From Octopus sinensis (lineage: Eukaryota), in NCBI RefSeq assembly GCF_006345805.1, contig NC_043003.1, positions 11,656,001-11,720,000 of the forward strand: 64,000 bases of DNA. Direction: 5' to 3'. The translations under genes were made by a program, and so were the position numbers. The notes beneath the pieces were generated by a model. The model saw only the letters and a program-made list of their open reading frames with translations. It searched no databases and had not been told where the DNA came from. Positions 48,303 to 61,213 of the stretch are shown in pieces (position 1 is the first letter of the stretch; every line of letters begins with the position of its first letter).

Positions 48303-48800
48303 TATCATCATCATCATCACCGTTTAACGTCCGCTTTCCATGCTAGCATGGGTTGGATGGTTTGACTGAGGACTGGTGAACCAGATGGCTGCACCAGACT
48401 CCAATCTTGATCTGGCAGAGTTGCTACAGCTGGATGCCCTTCCCAGCGCCAACCACGCCGAGTGTGTAGTGGATGCTTTTTACGTGCCACCAGCACAAGG
48501 GCTAGTCAGGTGGTACTGGCAACGGCCACGCTCAAATGGTGCTTTTTACATGCCACCTGCACGGGAGCTAGTCCAGCGGCACTGGCAACAACCTCGCTTG
48601 AATGTTTTTTCACATGCCACCAGCACAAGTGCTAGTAAAGCGAAGCAGGTAACGATCACGCTCGAATGGTGTTTTTAACGTGCTATCGACACCGAGGCCA
48701 GCTTGTTGCTCTGGCAACGATCTCACTCGTCTGGTGCTCTTAGCGCTCCACTAGCACGGATGCCAGTCGTTGAATTTGATTTCGATTTCACTGCCACAAA
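48303..48800 (-). mobile_element. RTE-tail SINE-like family C, long copy
   Basis: catcatcatcaccgtttaacgtccgctttccatgctagcatggg... followed by several internal tgccacc...ccagt...actggcaac repeats. Confidence 0.85.
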
Positions 48801-48967
48801 CAGGTCTTGAGCACCTTGGCAGGAACTGACAAGGCCGGTGTGGGGGTCACACTAGGTTCCGTAGTCTGTTTGAGGGTTGGTTTCTATGGCTGGATGCCCT
48901 TTCTAACAACCATCCACTTTACAGGGTTTACTAGGTGCTTTTTACCTGGTTCCCTCTCCAGTGCATT

Positions 48968-49355
48968 TTACTTTTACTTGTTTGGGTCATTTGACTGTGG
49001 CCATGCTGGAGCACCACCTTTAGTCAAACAAATCAACCCCAGGACTTTTTCTTTGTAAGCCTAGTACTTATTCTATTGGTGTCTTGCCAAACCGCTAGGT
49101 TACGGAGACGTTAACACACCTGTATTGGTTGCCAAGTGTTGGTGGGAGGGGACAGACACAGGCACACAAACATATACATATATATATATAATGTATATAT
49201 ATATACACGACCGGCTTCTCTCGGTTTCCATCTACCAAATCCACTCACAAGGCTTTGGTTGGCCCAAGGCTTAGTTGGCCCAAGGTGCCATGTAGTGGGA
49301 CTGAACCTGGAACCATGTGGTTGGTTAGCAAGCTACTTACCACACAGCCACTCTT
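48968..49355 (-). mobile_element. SINE family B
   Basis: Same head and tail motifs as 8202-8635. Confidence 0.8.
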
Positions 49356-49754
49356 GTGCACATATATATATTATATATCATTCTTATTATTTTCTACCAC
49401 TAACCATATGTAACAGACTATGATTACTAACTCTATACACATTGTTTTGTACTATGTCTATTAATATATACAGTTTAATATTTTCAACCAAACTCTTCAC
49501 TGACATGTATCTACATTTCTACTACCAATTTATATATATATACACACACTCAAACGCACATATATAATATATATATAAATCACAGTATACGTGTGTATAT
49601 TGACTGATGTATACATTTCCATAATTCTCAACTGATTTTCAACAAACTTTACACTGTAGTAAAGATTGTTTGCCAACATAACATAGCACCCACTCAGCTC
49701 AAAACAATATATGTGTATTGTGATTTCTGTGTTCTATTAATATTATTGCCTTTT

Positions 49755-50105
49755 ACTAGATACGTTCTTTGTACTTCTACCAAAATTATTGCATTCTACC
49801 AGATATGTTCTTTGTACTTCTACCAATATTATTACCTTCTACCAGATGTGTTCTTTGTACTTCTACCAGATATGTTCTTTGTACTTCTACCAGTATTATT
49901 ACATTCTACCACATATGTTCTCTGTATTTCTACTTATATTTCATTCTACCAGATATGGTCTCTCTACTTCTACCAATATTTCATTCTACCGATATGCCAT
50001 TTTACCAGATATGTCTTCTACCAATGTTATATTATTCTAACACATATTCTGTGTTTCTACCGATATCATTTCATTCTACCAAACATATTCTCTCTGCTTC
50101 TCTCT
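49755..50105. repeat. TTCTACC-core minisatellite with alternating 24- and about 19-nt monomers
   Basis: TTCTACCAGATATGTTCTTTGTAC and TTCTACCAATATTATTAC(A/C) alternate. Confidence 0.9.
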
Positions 50106-50455
50106 TATTGTTTCTTTGCTGTCTTACATGTCATTTATGTTACAAATCATATTTACAGTTCCTATTCATATTCTCTGTATTGATTAATTTATTCAGTTCA
50201 TTGATTCTGTTTGTTTATTGATTTATCCAATTCATTCATTAACAACCACCTATTTCCTTTCTATTCATACCACAAACAATTCAAGACAGTACATGTCTTA
50301 CACCCATTGACCAATACACTATCTGTGTCATCTTGTCCACTTATATTGTGTGGCTGCCTGATCTAGCTTTTGGCCTTCACGTCTGTCTCTGTCCCAAGGC
50401 TACCCTTGACATAGTTTGAACCAGCAAATGTCAGTTAAGCAGCTGTGCAAGTAGA

Positions 50456-50823
50456 GGCGCAATGGCCCAGTGGTTAGGGCAGCGGACTCGCGGTCGGAGG
50501 ATCGCAGTTTCGATTCCCAGACTGGGTGTTGTGTGTATTTATTGAGCACAAACACCTAAAGCTCCATGAGGCTCCAGCAGGGGATGGTGGCGACCCCTGT
50601 TGTACTCTTTCGCTACAACTTTCTCTCACTCTTTCTTCCTGTTTCTTGTCCCCGACTTCCTATGCAACCGCTGAGCCTGGATCTGCATTCATCCATCTGT
50701 CGATGCTCTCGGTGTCGGGGGTTGACCTGCTTTCTCTTCTGTGGGTCTTACGAATAGCAAAGGACCACGTTTCGGACTTTTCGAAGACCGTTCGCTCAAC
50801 AAACAAACAAACAAGCAAGCAAC
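50456..50823 (+). mobile_element. tRNA(Arg)-like SINE
   Basis: A-box TGGCCCAGTGG (50463), ggacTCGcgg anticodon-like segment, B-box GTTTCGATTCC (50507), non-tRNA body, (AAAC)n tail. Confidence 0.75.
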
Positions 50824-51082
50824 AGTGCAATCACTTCAAGATATGTTATCAAATCATTTATGCCAAAACTGAGGCAATGGAGCAAGACATGGTCCTCTCA
50901 CATGTTAGATTCTGTTGAACTGTCTACCAATGCCAGTATGGAAAGAGTATGTGAAATAATTATGGTGATGTGTGTGTATTTATATGTTTATGTATGTGAG
51001 TGTATGTATTCATGTGCGAGTATATACACACATACATATGTTTATAAATATGTATATGTACACTTGATTATAATATGGATAT

Positions 51083-51412
51083 ATCATCTTCATTTAGCGC
51101 CCGCTTTCCATGCTGGCATGGGTTGGACGGTTTGACTGAGGACTGGTGAGCCAGAAGGCTACACCAGGCTCAATCTGATCTGGCAACGACCACACTCAAA
51201 AGGTGTGTTTTACGTGCTACCTGCACAGGAGCCAGTTCGGCAGCACTGGCAACAACCACGCTCAAATGTTGTTTTTCACATGCCACCGGCACATGTGCCA
51301 GTAGGGGGACATTGGCAACGATCATGCTTGAATAGTGCTTTTCACATGTCACCCGGCATGGGAGCCAATCTGTGGCCCTAGCAACATTCACACTCAGATG
51401 TGCTTTTAAAGT
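51083..51412 (-). mobile_element. RTE-tail SINE-like family C
   Basis: catttagcgcccgctttccatgctggcatgggttggacgg plus internal repeats. Confidence 0.75.
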
Positions 51413-51481
51413 TCCACTGATACATACATATATGTGTATGTGTGTGTGTGTGTGTGCACCTGTACATTATATGAATGTAAA

Positions 51482-51822
51482 ATTGCATGACTCAATGGTT
51501 AGAGTCTTGGGTTTACAGTTGTGGGGTTGCGAGTTCGATTCCTGGACTGGGCTGTGTGTTGTGTTCTTGAGCAAGATAACTTTATTTCACATTGCTCCAG
51601 TTCACTCAGCTGTAGAAATGAGTTGCGATGCCACTGGGGCCAAGCTGTATTGGCCCCTTTGCCTTTCCCTTGGATAACACCTGTGGCATGGAGCAGGGGG
51701 AAGGTTGGCATGCATGGGCAAATGCTGGTTTCCCACAAAACAACCTTGCTCAGACTTGTGTCTCAGAGGTGAACTTTCTAGGTGCAATCCCATGGTCACT
51801 TGTGATTGAAGGGAGTCTGCAT
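51482..51822 (+). mobile_element. tRNA-derived SINE family D
   Basis: gcatgactcaatggttagag (A-box), gagttcgattcc (B-box), gttgtgttcttgagcaagataactttatttcacattgctccagttcactcagctg core. Confidence 0.75.
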
Positions 51823-51833
51823 ATATGAATATC

Positions 51834-51867
<34 letters not shown>

Positions 51868-52150
51868 GCACAGGTGTGGCTGTGTAGTAAGTAACTTGCT
51901 TTTGAACCACATGGTTCTGGGTTCAGTCCCACTACGTGACACCTTGAGCAAGTGTCTTCTACTATAGCCTCAGGTCAACCAAAGCTTTGTGAGTAGATTT
52001 CACAGACAGAAATGTGGTTCAGCAAGACCGATGGAATAAGTACTAGGCATACAAAGAATAAGTCCTGGGGTTGATTTGTTTGGCTAAAGGCGGCGCTCCT
52101 GCATGGCCGCAGTCAAATGACTGAAACAAGTAAAAGAATAAAAGAATTAT
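51868..52150 (+). mobile_element. SINE family B
   Basis: caggtgtggctgtgtagtaagtaacttg...tgactgaaacaagtaaaagaataaaag. Confidence 0.8.
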
Positions 52151-52509
52151 GTATGTATAAGTATGTATGTCATCTTGTTTTTGATGCTCATGTTCCATAC
52201 TAGCAATGGCTGGTTGGTTTCACCAGATCCTACAAACCTGAAGACTGCATCCTGCTCAAATAACTGCTTTGGCATGGTTTCTGTGACTGGGTGCCATCCC
52301 TAATACCAATCCCTTTACAGCATGTATTAGATGGGTTGTAAGGACACTAATGAGGTCAGCCTGCTAAACCAAGATGCTCTTTTGACTGAGTGGGGGTACA
52401 GTAGAGAGAGAAGATGCTTAAGGCCAAAGGAGTTAAAGTGGGAGAGAAGGGGTCAGAAGAGATTTCTTGAGGAGCTGCACAGTTTTGATTAAGAGATAAT
52501 ACTATCCTT

Positions 52510-52727
52510 TATTTTACTCTTTTATTTGTTTCAATCATTTGACTGTGGCCATGCTGGAGCACCACCTTTAGTCGAGCAAATCGACCCCCAGGACTTATTC
52601 TTTGGAAGCCTGGTACTTATTCTATCAGTCTCTCTTGCCGAAACACTGACGGGGATGTAAACACCAACATCGGTTGTCAAGTGATGTTGGTGGGGACAAA
52701 CACATACACGCAAACACACACACACAC

Positions 52728-52777
<50 letters not shown>

Positions 52778-52938
52778 CAACGGGCTTCTTTCAGTTTCCA
52801 TCTACCATACCCACTCACATGGCTTTGGTCGGCCTGAAGCTATAGTAGAAGACACTTGCCCAAGGTGCCATGCAGTGGAACTGAACCCAGAACCATGTGG
52901 TTAGTAAGCAAGCTACTTACCACACACCCATTCCTGCA
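52510..52938 (-). mobile_element. SINE family B
   Basis: Reverse complement of the family B consensus with an internal (CA)n. Confidence 0.85.
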
Positions 52939-53436
52939 CCTTTATTTATAATTGTTTTGTTATCTATTCCTGGGATTTGTGTGAATGGTAAATTAAGAAG
53001 TTTGTGAGAAACTTGATCAAGAACTCACTGTCTACATAGGCTACGATGGACATTTCAAGCTATAGCTGCTAAACGTGTGCAGTCAGTAGCTACCCACACA
53101 TCATGTTGTGGGCACCTGCAAGTTTGGGCTTGTGAGATGTGCAAAAATACACACGTTTCTGTGAAAATCTAATACCGTTACATTCGGTTCTCTTGAGAGT
53201 GCAAGAACTGGATGTCTTCCGACTGGTCACAGTTGTCTGTTAATCGCAAGTCTAGACTTGTGGGAGTTGTTAAAATATGTAGGTTTCTGTTGAAAAAAAA
53301 TCAACATGCCCACATCCGGTTCTCTCAAGGGTGTAAGAATTGGATATAATCAAACTTGTTGAACTTCTTAATTTATTTCAGATGATATGTAAGCTTTCAT
53401 ACATACGTATGTAGGTACATACACATATACACATAT

Positions 53437-53670
53437 TGGCGGTGAGCTGGCAGAAACGTTAGCACGCCAGGTGAAATGCTTAGCAGTACTTCGTCTGTCA
53501 CCACGTTCTGAGTTCAAATTCCGCCGAGGTCGACTTTGCCTTTCATCCTTTCAGGGTTGATTAAATAAGTACCAGTTACGCACTGGGGTCGATGCAATTG
53601 ACTTAATCCATTTGTCTGTCTTTGTTTATCTCCTCTGTGTTTAGCCCCTTGTGGGTAGTAAAGAAATAGG
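53437..53670 (+). mobile_element. SINE family A (young-looking copy)
   Basis: ggcggtgagctggcagaaacgttagcacgccaggtgaaatgcttagc...gtcgactttgcctttcatcctttc. Confidence 0.85.
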
Positions 53671-55738
53671 TACATACACATATACATGCACATACATGCA
53701 TATGTACACACATACACGCACATTTGTGTACAGACACACAGACAAGGCAAGCTTCCATACAGTTTCTATCAACCAATTCCACGTACAGTTTCTATCAACC
53801 AATTCCATGTGGTAGGCACATGTGACAAAGCTATATCTCTTTTTAATTACAGGTATATTCCACCCGACTGGTTTCTATCCTATTTGAGTCTACCTAGTTT
53901 CACTCCAACAAAACATGGGTCAACCTAAAGCTTTAGGACATTACGTTATCAAACCCAGGGCCTTTTAATTACAAAAATAAATCTTCTTAACCATTTGCAC
54001 TATATACTGTATAACATTTGCAATAGGGTCTACTTATAATCTAATATCGGATTTAATTACTCTACGTCCTTAATACTGGTCTATATATGTTCAATGTCTT
54101 AAATTATTATTTCATCACATATGTGACTATATATAGCCTATTGCTATGGTAACTGATTGTATAGAGAATAAACACCAGTTGGCATCACATTTTATATGTG
54201 TGCATGTATATATATACATATATATACACATATATATATACATATATATACACATATATATATACATATATATACATCTATATATATATATATATGTATA
54301 TATATGTATATATATTTACATACAAACATTATATTTTTGTCCTTTTTTTTTTAGTTGGCACATATTAGAAAGTTGCTGGGAAGTTAGTGTTTTATCTTTT
54401 CTCATGAATGATATAAGAATATGACAAAATATTATTGTTCTTTTTTTCTGAAATGTATTGACTTTTAATCTACCCCACCACGACCACCACCACCTCCACC
54501 AGCACTACCATTTCGCAACAAAGAAATATTAATTTGTTTGTTGCAGAATTTTTTTTTTTTTTTTTTTTTTTGCCTTAGCTTAATATTTAAAGTATGCGTT
54601 TAGTTCTTGTTAGAAGCTGACATTCATGAAAAACTAAGTAAAAATGGAGAGGGTTGTATATATATATACGATATAATAATTCTACGTAGCACCCACCAAA
54701 ACCACAGAAATGTTGATTTCAAAGTTCTTCTAAAAGTTTCCTTTTTGAAATAACTCTGGTAATTCCAACTTCAGTTGGTTTCCTTTTTAGTCACACATGA
54801 ATTTTTATCTTATTTTATTATTATTATTATTTTTATTATTATTATTATCATCATTATTATTTTGAGATTTCTGGAATGCGGTTTCTGTTATTGACAAAAG
54901 TTTACTGATCTTCTTGAGACTTCAGACAGGAATCTTTTGATTTGAAAATAGCTGCCCTTATTGAGGATAATAATGTAATTGAACTCATTGCTCACTGATG
55001 TTTGAGAGAGAGAGAGAGAGAGAGAAAACACTCACATCTATAGAAACATAGATGTTTAATATTCCACCATGAAAATATGCTCTCACACATTTACAAACAC
55101 ACAAACATCTTATATAATAGACAGAGCAGTTCCTTTGTATATTTTCTTAAGACTGAGCTGTTAGTCCATTCTTTAATATGATTTCTTTTTGTGTCTACAT
55201 ACACCACTAGACTTTGTCTTTGATGCTATACTCTAAGATCTCTCATTATTAGACTCATCTAAAATCTAGCAGTTGTTTTCTCTTTTGACAGATATTACTC
55301 AAACAGTACAGTTGTCCCGTTGGTTTGATGACATGACACATTTTTCAATATTCAATTAATCATTCTCATTTTTAATGTTTGGTGTATTTGGCAGTGACAT
55401 TGATTGGTCTGCACATCAATACGTTTGCCATTTACATTACTTCACAATGCAGTAGTCGCCTCATTCTTCCCCCAGTCTTGAGTTTACACTGTAGACATTA
55501 ATAAAGTATAGTGAAAGATGCATTGGTTCACTGACACATTGATGGTTAACTACTTAAAGTTGTTGAAGTTTGTCCATCTTCTTGTCACTCACTGTAGTTT
55601 GCTCTTGCACTTTTGATTTTCTGTTATGAGAATTGTGTCTAGGGCTTTTATACTTAGCTGAAATCTAGCATGTGTATATATATATATATTATATATATAT
55701 ATATACACACACTAACACACTTTCATATATATATACTA

Positions 55739-55769
<31 letters not shown>

Positions 55770-55794
55770 CACACACACTAACACACTTTTATAT

Positions 55795-55826
<32 letters not shown>

Positions 55827-55853
55827 GTATATATGTATGTCTATATATATATA

Positions 55854-55900
<47 letters not shown>

Positions 55901-57004
55901 CTTAATTTCTGTTATTACTTTCCTTAGATACTCCCACAATGTTTAAATATTTTACTGCAATCTTGGTTCCGTAATGTTTAGCATTGATTGGTAAGGGAAT
56001 GAGGATTGTTGTCAACATTTGTATAATGGAGTCTGTGTTCTGAAGCCTGCTCTTTCAACACAGTAGCTCAATTCTGCCCTTTCAATTAGCGTTTTACTCG
56101 TCAGTTTCCAAGCAGAACTTTGGCAGTAAACTAGCAACTCATTGATCATAGAAATTTTCGAATCGTAACAATTCCAATAGTGAATTCTCTACCGAAGGAA
56201 TTCGGACTTCTAACAACAGGGAGCCAAATTAATTGTTAATCACGTATTTCCCAAGAACAAGTCTGCACAGTTTAGAATGAGACAAGGGTGTTATTACTGC
56301 GAAAGAAATTACTAAGATCTCCAGTAGCCTTATGCGTGCAAATGAATGATTTAAATATTTCTAATTTTAATTATAAATTAGGAATATGGGATGGAGAAAA
56401 TTTTGATTTGAAGTTTTAATTTTCCTCTTGGAAGTATGGGTTGTCAACTTCTTTTCACTGTCAAATTTGGCATAATTCCTCTTAATACTTCTAGATTTAT
56501 GGATTCGCAGAGGGAACTTCAATGAACCATATGTTGCTCTGACCTGCACTTAGGAGGCTATAAACTCGTTCTGTAGTTTCTCTCAGTGTAAATCGTAGCA
56601 TTAATATTATTTAAGCATAAAGCTGACCAAGATCATAAACCACCATATTAAATGTGTTCATCTCCATCAATTCTGAGTTCAAATTCCCCTGGGGTCAGTT
56701 TTCTGTTTCATCCTTCCCACTTTGATGGAAGTAAGTACTAATTATATATTACTGGTGATTTATTCATCTAAACCTTCTCCATTACAAGAATAGACTTCGT
56801 TTGTGTCTAGTCTAAAGAAATTAACATTTAAGTCTATAAAAATTCCAAATGATATTCCTTGTTCTTATATTTTAAAGCTTTGCTGAATGCATTTTATTTA
56901 TTTATTATCAAAAATGTTCAAAGCCATTGCTTATGTTTGTATGAATCAGATCAAAAGATACTGTGTTTCATATGAAAGGAAAACTCTGATAATGTATATG
57001 TGGA

Positions 57005-57044
<40 letters not shown>

Positions 57045-57512
57045 CACTATATATATATTTATATATATATATATATATAGTAAGTTTATCTTATATGTAT
57101 GTATGTATGTAGTGTTTCATTTCTGCTAGTTCCTACATTCTGTTTCCGATGACCGATGATAATTTATCGGCATTACTTACACATTCTTGGTTTTATTAGT
57201 TTTAGGATTGTGTTTCGATTCTTATTCTCTTTGGTGGCCGTCCAGACCGCCATTCTCTTTACCATAAACTTCAGTGCCACAGACTTCAGTTTCTGGTAAC
57301 CTCTTCATCAATCTTGGAAAATAGTCATCAGGGAAAAAGTAGCCATAAATGTCTTCACTGTGTGTATGTGTGTGTGTGTTTGTGTATGTGTGTGTGTAGT
57401 TCATTCATATTTACATCTAAACTTGCTGGTGTGTGTATATATATATATATGTATGTATATATGTGTGTGTGTTCTCATATGTACGTGTGCTGATGTATGT
57501 ATATCAATGCAT

Positions 57513-57860
57513 TCTTTTATCTTTTACTTGTTTCAGTCATTAGACTGTGGCCATGCTGGAGCATCACCTTGAAGAATTTTAGCCAAGCAGATCAACCCAG
57601 TTCTTATTCTGCCAGTCTCTTTTTGCCCAACCACTAAGTTATGGGGACATAAATACCCCATCACCAGTTGTCAGGCAGTGGTAGGGGACAAACACACACA
57701 CGATGGGCTTCTTTCAGTTTCCATCTACCAAATCCACTCACAAACTTTGATCAGCCTGAGGCTATAGGAGAAGACACTTGCCCAAGGTGCCATGCAGTGG
57801 GACTGAACCCAGAACCATGTGGTTGGAAGCAAACTTCTTACCACACAGCCATGCCTGTGC
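57513..57860 (-). mobile_element. SINE family B
   Basis: Same motifs as other copies. Confidence 0.75.
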
Positions 57861-57934
57861 ATATTAGTAGCTTTGAATACAAATGTGTGTGTGTGTGTGA
57901 AGCAATTGATATCATATAAGCATCATTTGACATA

Positions 57935-58185
57935 CAGTGCTGCCCGAACGGCTCCCATGCCAGTGCCGCCTGACTGGTACATGAGCTGGTGGCACGTAAA
58001 AAGCACCATTCTAGCGTGGCCAATGCCAGTGCTGCCTGACTGGGTCCCATGTTGGTGGCACATAAAAAGCACCCACTACACTCTCAGAGTGGTTGGTGTT
58101 AGGAAGGGCATCCAGCTGTAGAAACCTTGCCAGATCAGATTGGAGCCCAGTGCAGCCTCCTGGCTCGCCAGTTCTCAGTTAAACA
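57935..58185 (+). mobile_element. RTE-tail SINE-like family C
   Basis: gagtggttggtgttaggaagggcatccagctgtagaaacc; ends near gatgatgat. Confidence 0.75.
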
Positions 58186-58808
58186 ACAATGATGATGATA
58201 ATGGCCTTGATCTTTTGAACACTTACCCAAGAATAAATTCCATCATGTTAGAATATAGAATTCCCACATTATCTCCTAAATTTCGTTTTTTTTTTTTTGT
58301 ATTTTCTTTTCAAAAATGATTAAATCAAGTGTGTGATTCCCGTGGGGTTCCTCAGTTATAGACAAGACTCGAATCATAAGTTTTGAAACCTATTCTTCAA
58401 TATGATCAATTGAGATGTATGAGCCAACAAGGGTAAAACTGCATGGTTAATAGACCTGTTAGAAATAGCAGACAGATCTTTCTCAAATCACCCCACACTG
58501 TCTTACAAATGAATAAGCCAGTGAGAGAAAACCACATGATTGATAGCTTCGTTAGAAATAACAACCAAATTTCCTTTAAATTATGCTTGTTTTATATGTG
58601 TATAAACCAATGAAGGAAAACTACCTGGTAAATACACCTGTAGAAATAGCCTTATAACCTTTCTTAAAAGCTATCCTCAGGTTGTGTTGGTAGAAATGTT
58701 ACGAATAGAACTGAAATAATTCTTTGTAATGGTCAGTATCTATCAGAATTAGGTTAAGTAACAAATTGTTGTTGCCATTTTTGCTGAACTCATCTACCAT
58801 ACCCAAAG

Positions 58809-58853
<45 letters not shown>

Positions 58854-58854
58854 C

Positions 58855-59022
58855 GCAGGAGTGGCTGTGTGGTAAGTAGCTTGCTAAACAGCCACATGGT
58901 TCTGGGTTCAATCCCACTGCGTGGCATCTTGGGCAAGTGTCTTCTGCTATAGCCCCGGGCCGACCAAAGCCTTGTGAGTGGATTTGGTAGACGGAAACTG
59001 AAAGAAGTCTGTCATATATGTG

Positions 59023-59053
<31 letters not shown>

Positions 59054-59245
59054 ATATGTTTGTCTCTCTAGCATTGCTTGACAACCGATGCTGGTGTGTT
59101 TACGTCCCCGTCACTTAGTGGTTCGGCAAAAGATACCGATAGAATAAGTACTGGGCTTACAAAGAATAAGTCCCGGGGTCGATTTGATCGACTAAAGGCG
59201 ATGCTCCAGCATGGCCACAGTCAAATGACTGAAACAAGTAAAAAA
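58855..59245 (+). mobile_element. SINE family B (young-looking copy)
   Basis: gcaggagtggctgtgtggtaagtagcttg...aaatgactgaaacaagtaaaa. Confidence 0.85.
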
Positions 59246-59380
59246 AATATATATATCATCATCATCATATTCTAACATCCATTTTCCATGCTGGCATGGG
59301 TTGGACCATATATGCATGTGTGGACTGTTGGCGATTTTTTTATTCCTCCTTCCTTTTCTTTTGGACTTCCCTTTGTCTCC

Positions 59381-59414
59381 TGTTTCTGAAGATGTTTGCT
59401 CGAAACGTAAAACA
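59381..59414 (+). ncRNA. Minimal type I hammerhead ribozyme motif in a Penelope-like pLTR fragment
   Basis: TGTTT CTGAAGA tgtttgctc GAAA CGTA AAACA: 5-bp stem I (tgttt/aaaca), CUGANGA and GAAA core, palindromic ACGU stem III, GUA cleavage triplet, eroded stem II. Confidence 0.6.
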
Positions 59415-59574
59415 ACCACTCTTTCTTTTCTTTCCCTGAGCGTCTCAATACATTGCATGTACTACGTACTTGCGTTATTTTTTTCTTGTCTTTTTTCCCC
59501 CATTTTTTTTATTAATTATATATATGTATGTATGTATATATGTATGCTTGTATGTATGTATATATGTAAGTATA

Positions 59575-59945
59575 TACTCTTTTTACTTGTTTCAGTCATT
59601 TGACTGCAGCCATGCTGGAGCACCACCTTTAATCGAGCAACTCTTATTCTTTTGTAAGCCCAGTACTTATTCTATCGGTTTCTTTTGCCGAACCGCTAAG
59701 TAACGGGAACATAAACACACCAGCATCGGTTGTCAAGCAATGCTTGGGGGACAAACACAGACGCACAAGCACACACATATATACGACAGGCTTCTTTCAG
59801 TCTCCGTCTACCAAATCCACTCACAAGGCTTTGGTCAGCCCGAGGCTATAGTAAAAGACCCTTGCCCAAGATGCCACGTAGTGGGACTGAACCCGGAACC
59901 ATGTGGTTCGTAAGTAAGCTACTTACCACACAGCCACTCCTGCGC
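59575..59945 (-). mobile_element. SINE family B (young-looking copy)
   Basis: Reverse complement of 58855-59245-type sequence. Confidence 0.85.
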
Positions 59946-60589
59946 CTATATGTGTATGTATGTATGAATGAATGTATGTGAGTGTTAGGTGTGTATGAGC
60001 ATGTGTGTATTGTATGACATTTTAATACATTAATGTGTATGTTTGTGATCATGTCTGTGCTTTGATGTATAGATACATATTGACAGGTCTATATGTGAGT
60101 GTCTGTTTGTGTATATTTACTGTGTTTCTATGTATGTATGTATGTAGACATAGCTGTGTGGTTAAGAAGATTCACATCAGAATCCCATGGTTCTCGGTTC
60201 AATTCCACTGCACAATACTCACACAAGAGTCTTCTACTTTTATTCTTTGAGTTGACCCAAATCTTGTGCACGAAATTAAGGAAACTGAAACTGCGTGAAT
60301 CTGGAAACTGAGCGAATACGACATAAACCGACATAGTTTGTCACACAGTTTAACACAACCAAATGGCTTGTGAGTACGTTTGGTAAAGTCCACCATGTTT
60401 TGCAAATATTTGAGCCATGTTCTTTTAGTCGGAGGAGACCAACAGCTTCTGCCATTGTTCTTCCCAGTTTCAAGAAGCCTGGCAAAATAGTTCTTGGATG
60501 CTGTCCTTTCAGGCTTGGCCATAAAACAAAATTCTATATGTTGTTGATTCTATGTATGAACATGGCTATTATTAATATATATGAATGTG

Positions 60590-60625
<36 letters not shown>

Positions 60626-61182
60626 GTATGTATATATATATATAAAAGTATGTGTGAGAGAGAGAAAGAGGCAGAAAGAACTAAATAGCACGTGTGTGTG
60701 TGTTCTTTGTTAAATGTTTGTTTAGCACGTATTAAACATTATGCGATGTATGCGTGTGTTGATATTCTTTCAATTAATTTTCATCAATACAATTGCACTC
60801 TTGTAACCAAAGCCTTAGGGAAAAAGCCTCCGGGGCTAGTGGGAGGGGTTTCACAAAGAAAGAAAGAGAGAAAGAAGAGAAAGAATCTCCAGCTTCCAGG
60901 ACATTCTCTTTATTGTCTTACACACCTCTCCCCCCTTCTTCCTCTCTCTCGCCATCCACCCCCGCCACACATTCTCTCTCTCTCTCTCTCTCTCTCGCCT
61001 TCTCTCCCTCTCTTCTTTCTCTCCACTTCAAAACATTTGCTATTAAAATACCCATCCTTCCTGCATTGATTTATCTGCTAACACCAATAGCCGTGACCCA
61101 CTATGGCACACACTGATAAAGTGTTGTTTATCAGCAGCAGCTGTCATCATCATCATTGCTATCATCATCATCATCATCATCA

Positions 61183-61213
<31 letters not shown>

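Noticed and set aside
49713-50221. 150-156 aa hydrophobic ORFs; regular repeats superficially like a CRISPR array
   Set aside because: Minisatellite with no unique spacers, in eukaryotic DNA with no cas genes.
50456-50530. Possible tRNA-Arg gene
   Set aside because: A and B boxes are present but there is no paired acceptor stem; it continues into a SINE body and (AAAC)n tail.
50760-50800. Minus-strand ...aagtccGAAACGT hammerhead-like half
   Set aside because: The CUGANGA half of the core is absent.
60199-60522. 107-aa minus-strand ORF with two KR sites
   Set aside because: No convincing donor or recognisable domain, and it runs into a SINE-B head; KR pairs are common by chance in AT-rich DNA.
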